Position numbers and translations under genes: made by a program. Source: a virus. From it: a DNA stretch of 64,000 bases. Shown piece after piece: positions 63,841 to 64,000 of the stretch; the first letter of the stretch is position 1; every line of letters begins with the position of its first letter. The notes beneath the pieces are model-generated. The model made no database searches, was not told where the DNA came from, and worked only from the letters and a program-made list of their open reading frames with translations. Where the stretch lies: IMG/VR virus record IMGVR_UViG_3300021964_007043. The stretch is one strand, 5' to 3'.

Positions 63841-64000
63841 GCCTTTTTACGCTTCTTTGATTTCTTTTTGCCACCCATTAGATTATCAAAGTCAACGCCG
63901 TTTTTCATAGTGCCATCGTCGTTATACATGTTTCTACTGATAGTTGGGCCTACATTTCCTACTGCTGTAGCAATACTTGCTGCACCCATACCTGTTGCTG
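63837..64000 (-). CDS. 3' end of a hypothetical (internal-head-like) protein, truncated by the window edge
   Basis: Manual translation ...ATGMGAASIATAVGNVGPTISRNMYNDDGTMKNGVDFDNLMGGKKKSKKRKKA*. Confidence 0.6.
   Translation of the reverse strand, partial: ATGMGAASIATAVGNVGPTISRNMYNDDGTMKNGVDFDNLMGGKKKSKKRKKA

Noticed and set aside
1-64000. CRISPR array, tRNA, rRNA, integrase or transposase
   Set aside because: No regularly spaced repeats, cloverleaf-like sequences or recombinase motifs were found by eye. tRNAscan-SE and CRISPR finders were not run.
1-64000. Alternative genetic code (stop-codon recoding)
   Set aside because: Genes are full-length and tightly coupled under code 11, and all three stop codons are used as terminators.

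Overview
This is a 64-kb segment of a large tailed dsDNA bacteriophage genome. It carries a B-family DNA polymerase, a putative sliding clamp, a T4-RNase-H-like 5'-3' exonuclease, a MoxR ATPase/VWA pair, a tail-fibre-like gene and prohead-core-like genes. Promoters are of two kinds: T4-type late boxes (TAAATA) and host sigma70 consensus sites. The host cannot be determined; an aquatic proteobacterium is plausible but is inference. No rRNA, tRNA, CRISPR array, integrase or transposase was seen. (1) Positions 1-33.5 kb form a dense, mostly AT-rich tailoring-enzyme island. It has 12 radical SAM genes (8 non-B12, of which 4 complete ones and probably the truncated first one have an N-terminal twitch domain; 4 cobalamin-binding). 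It also has about 9 Fe(II)/2-oxoglutarate or cupin oxygenases, 2 glycosyltransferase-like genes, a methyltransferase, 2 SGNH proteins, 2 PP-loop ATPases, a GNAT and a TctA/TctC transporter, and it ends at a tail-fibre gene. (2) Positions 34.8-60.5 kb, almost all on the minus strand, are core replication and nucleotide genes. Among them is a dispersed 7-deazaguanine DNA-modification pathway (folE, queD, queE, dpdA; no queC in the window), interleaved with a GT-B glycosyltransferase resembling the GTDC1/QTMAN queuosine-mannosyltransferase type, a phosphomannomutase-like HAD, an NDP-sugar epimerase, a cytidylyltransferase, a PRTase, a HIT hydrolase, an unannotated CDGSH-like Fe-S mini-protein and a PD-(D/E)xK nuclease. 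(3) Positions 60.5-64 kb encode virion or internal-head-like proteins, one ending in a pterin-4a-carbinolamine dehydratase-like domain. The two strongest candidates for undescribed biology are a glycosylated 7-deazaguanine DNA hypermodification system and the radical-SAM/oxygenase island with its own carboxylate importer. All family assignments come from motif recognition by eye; no database searches were run.
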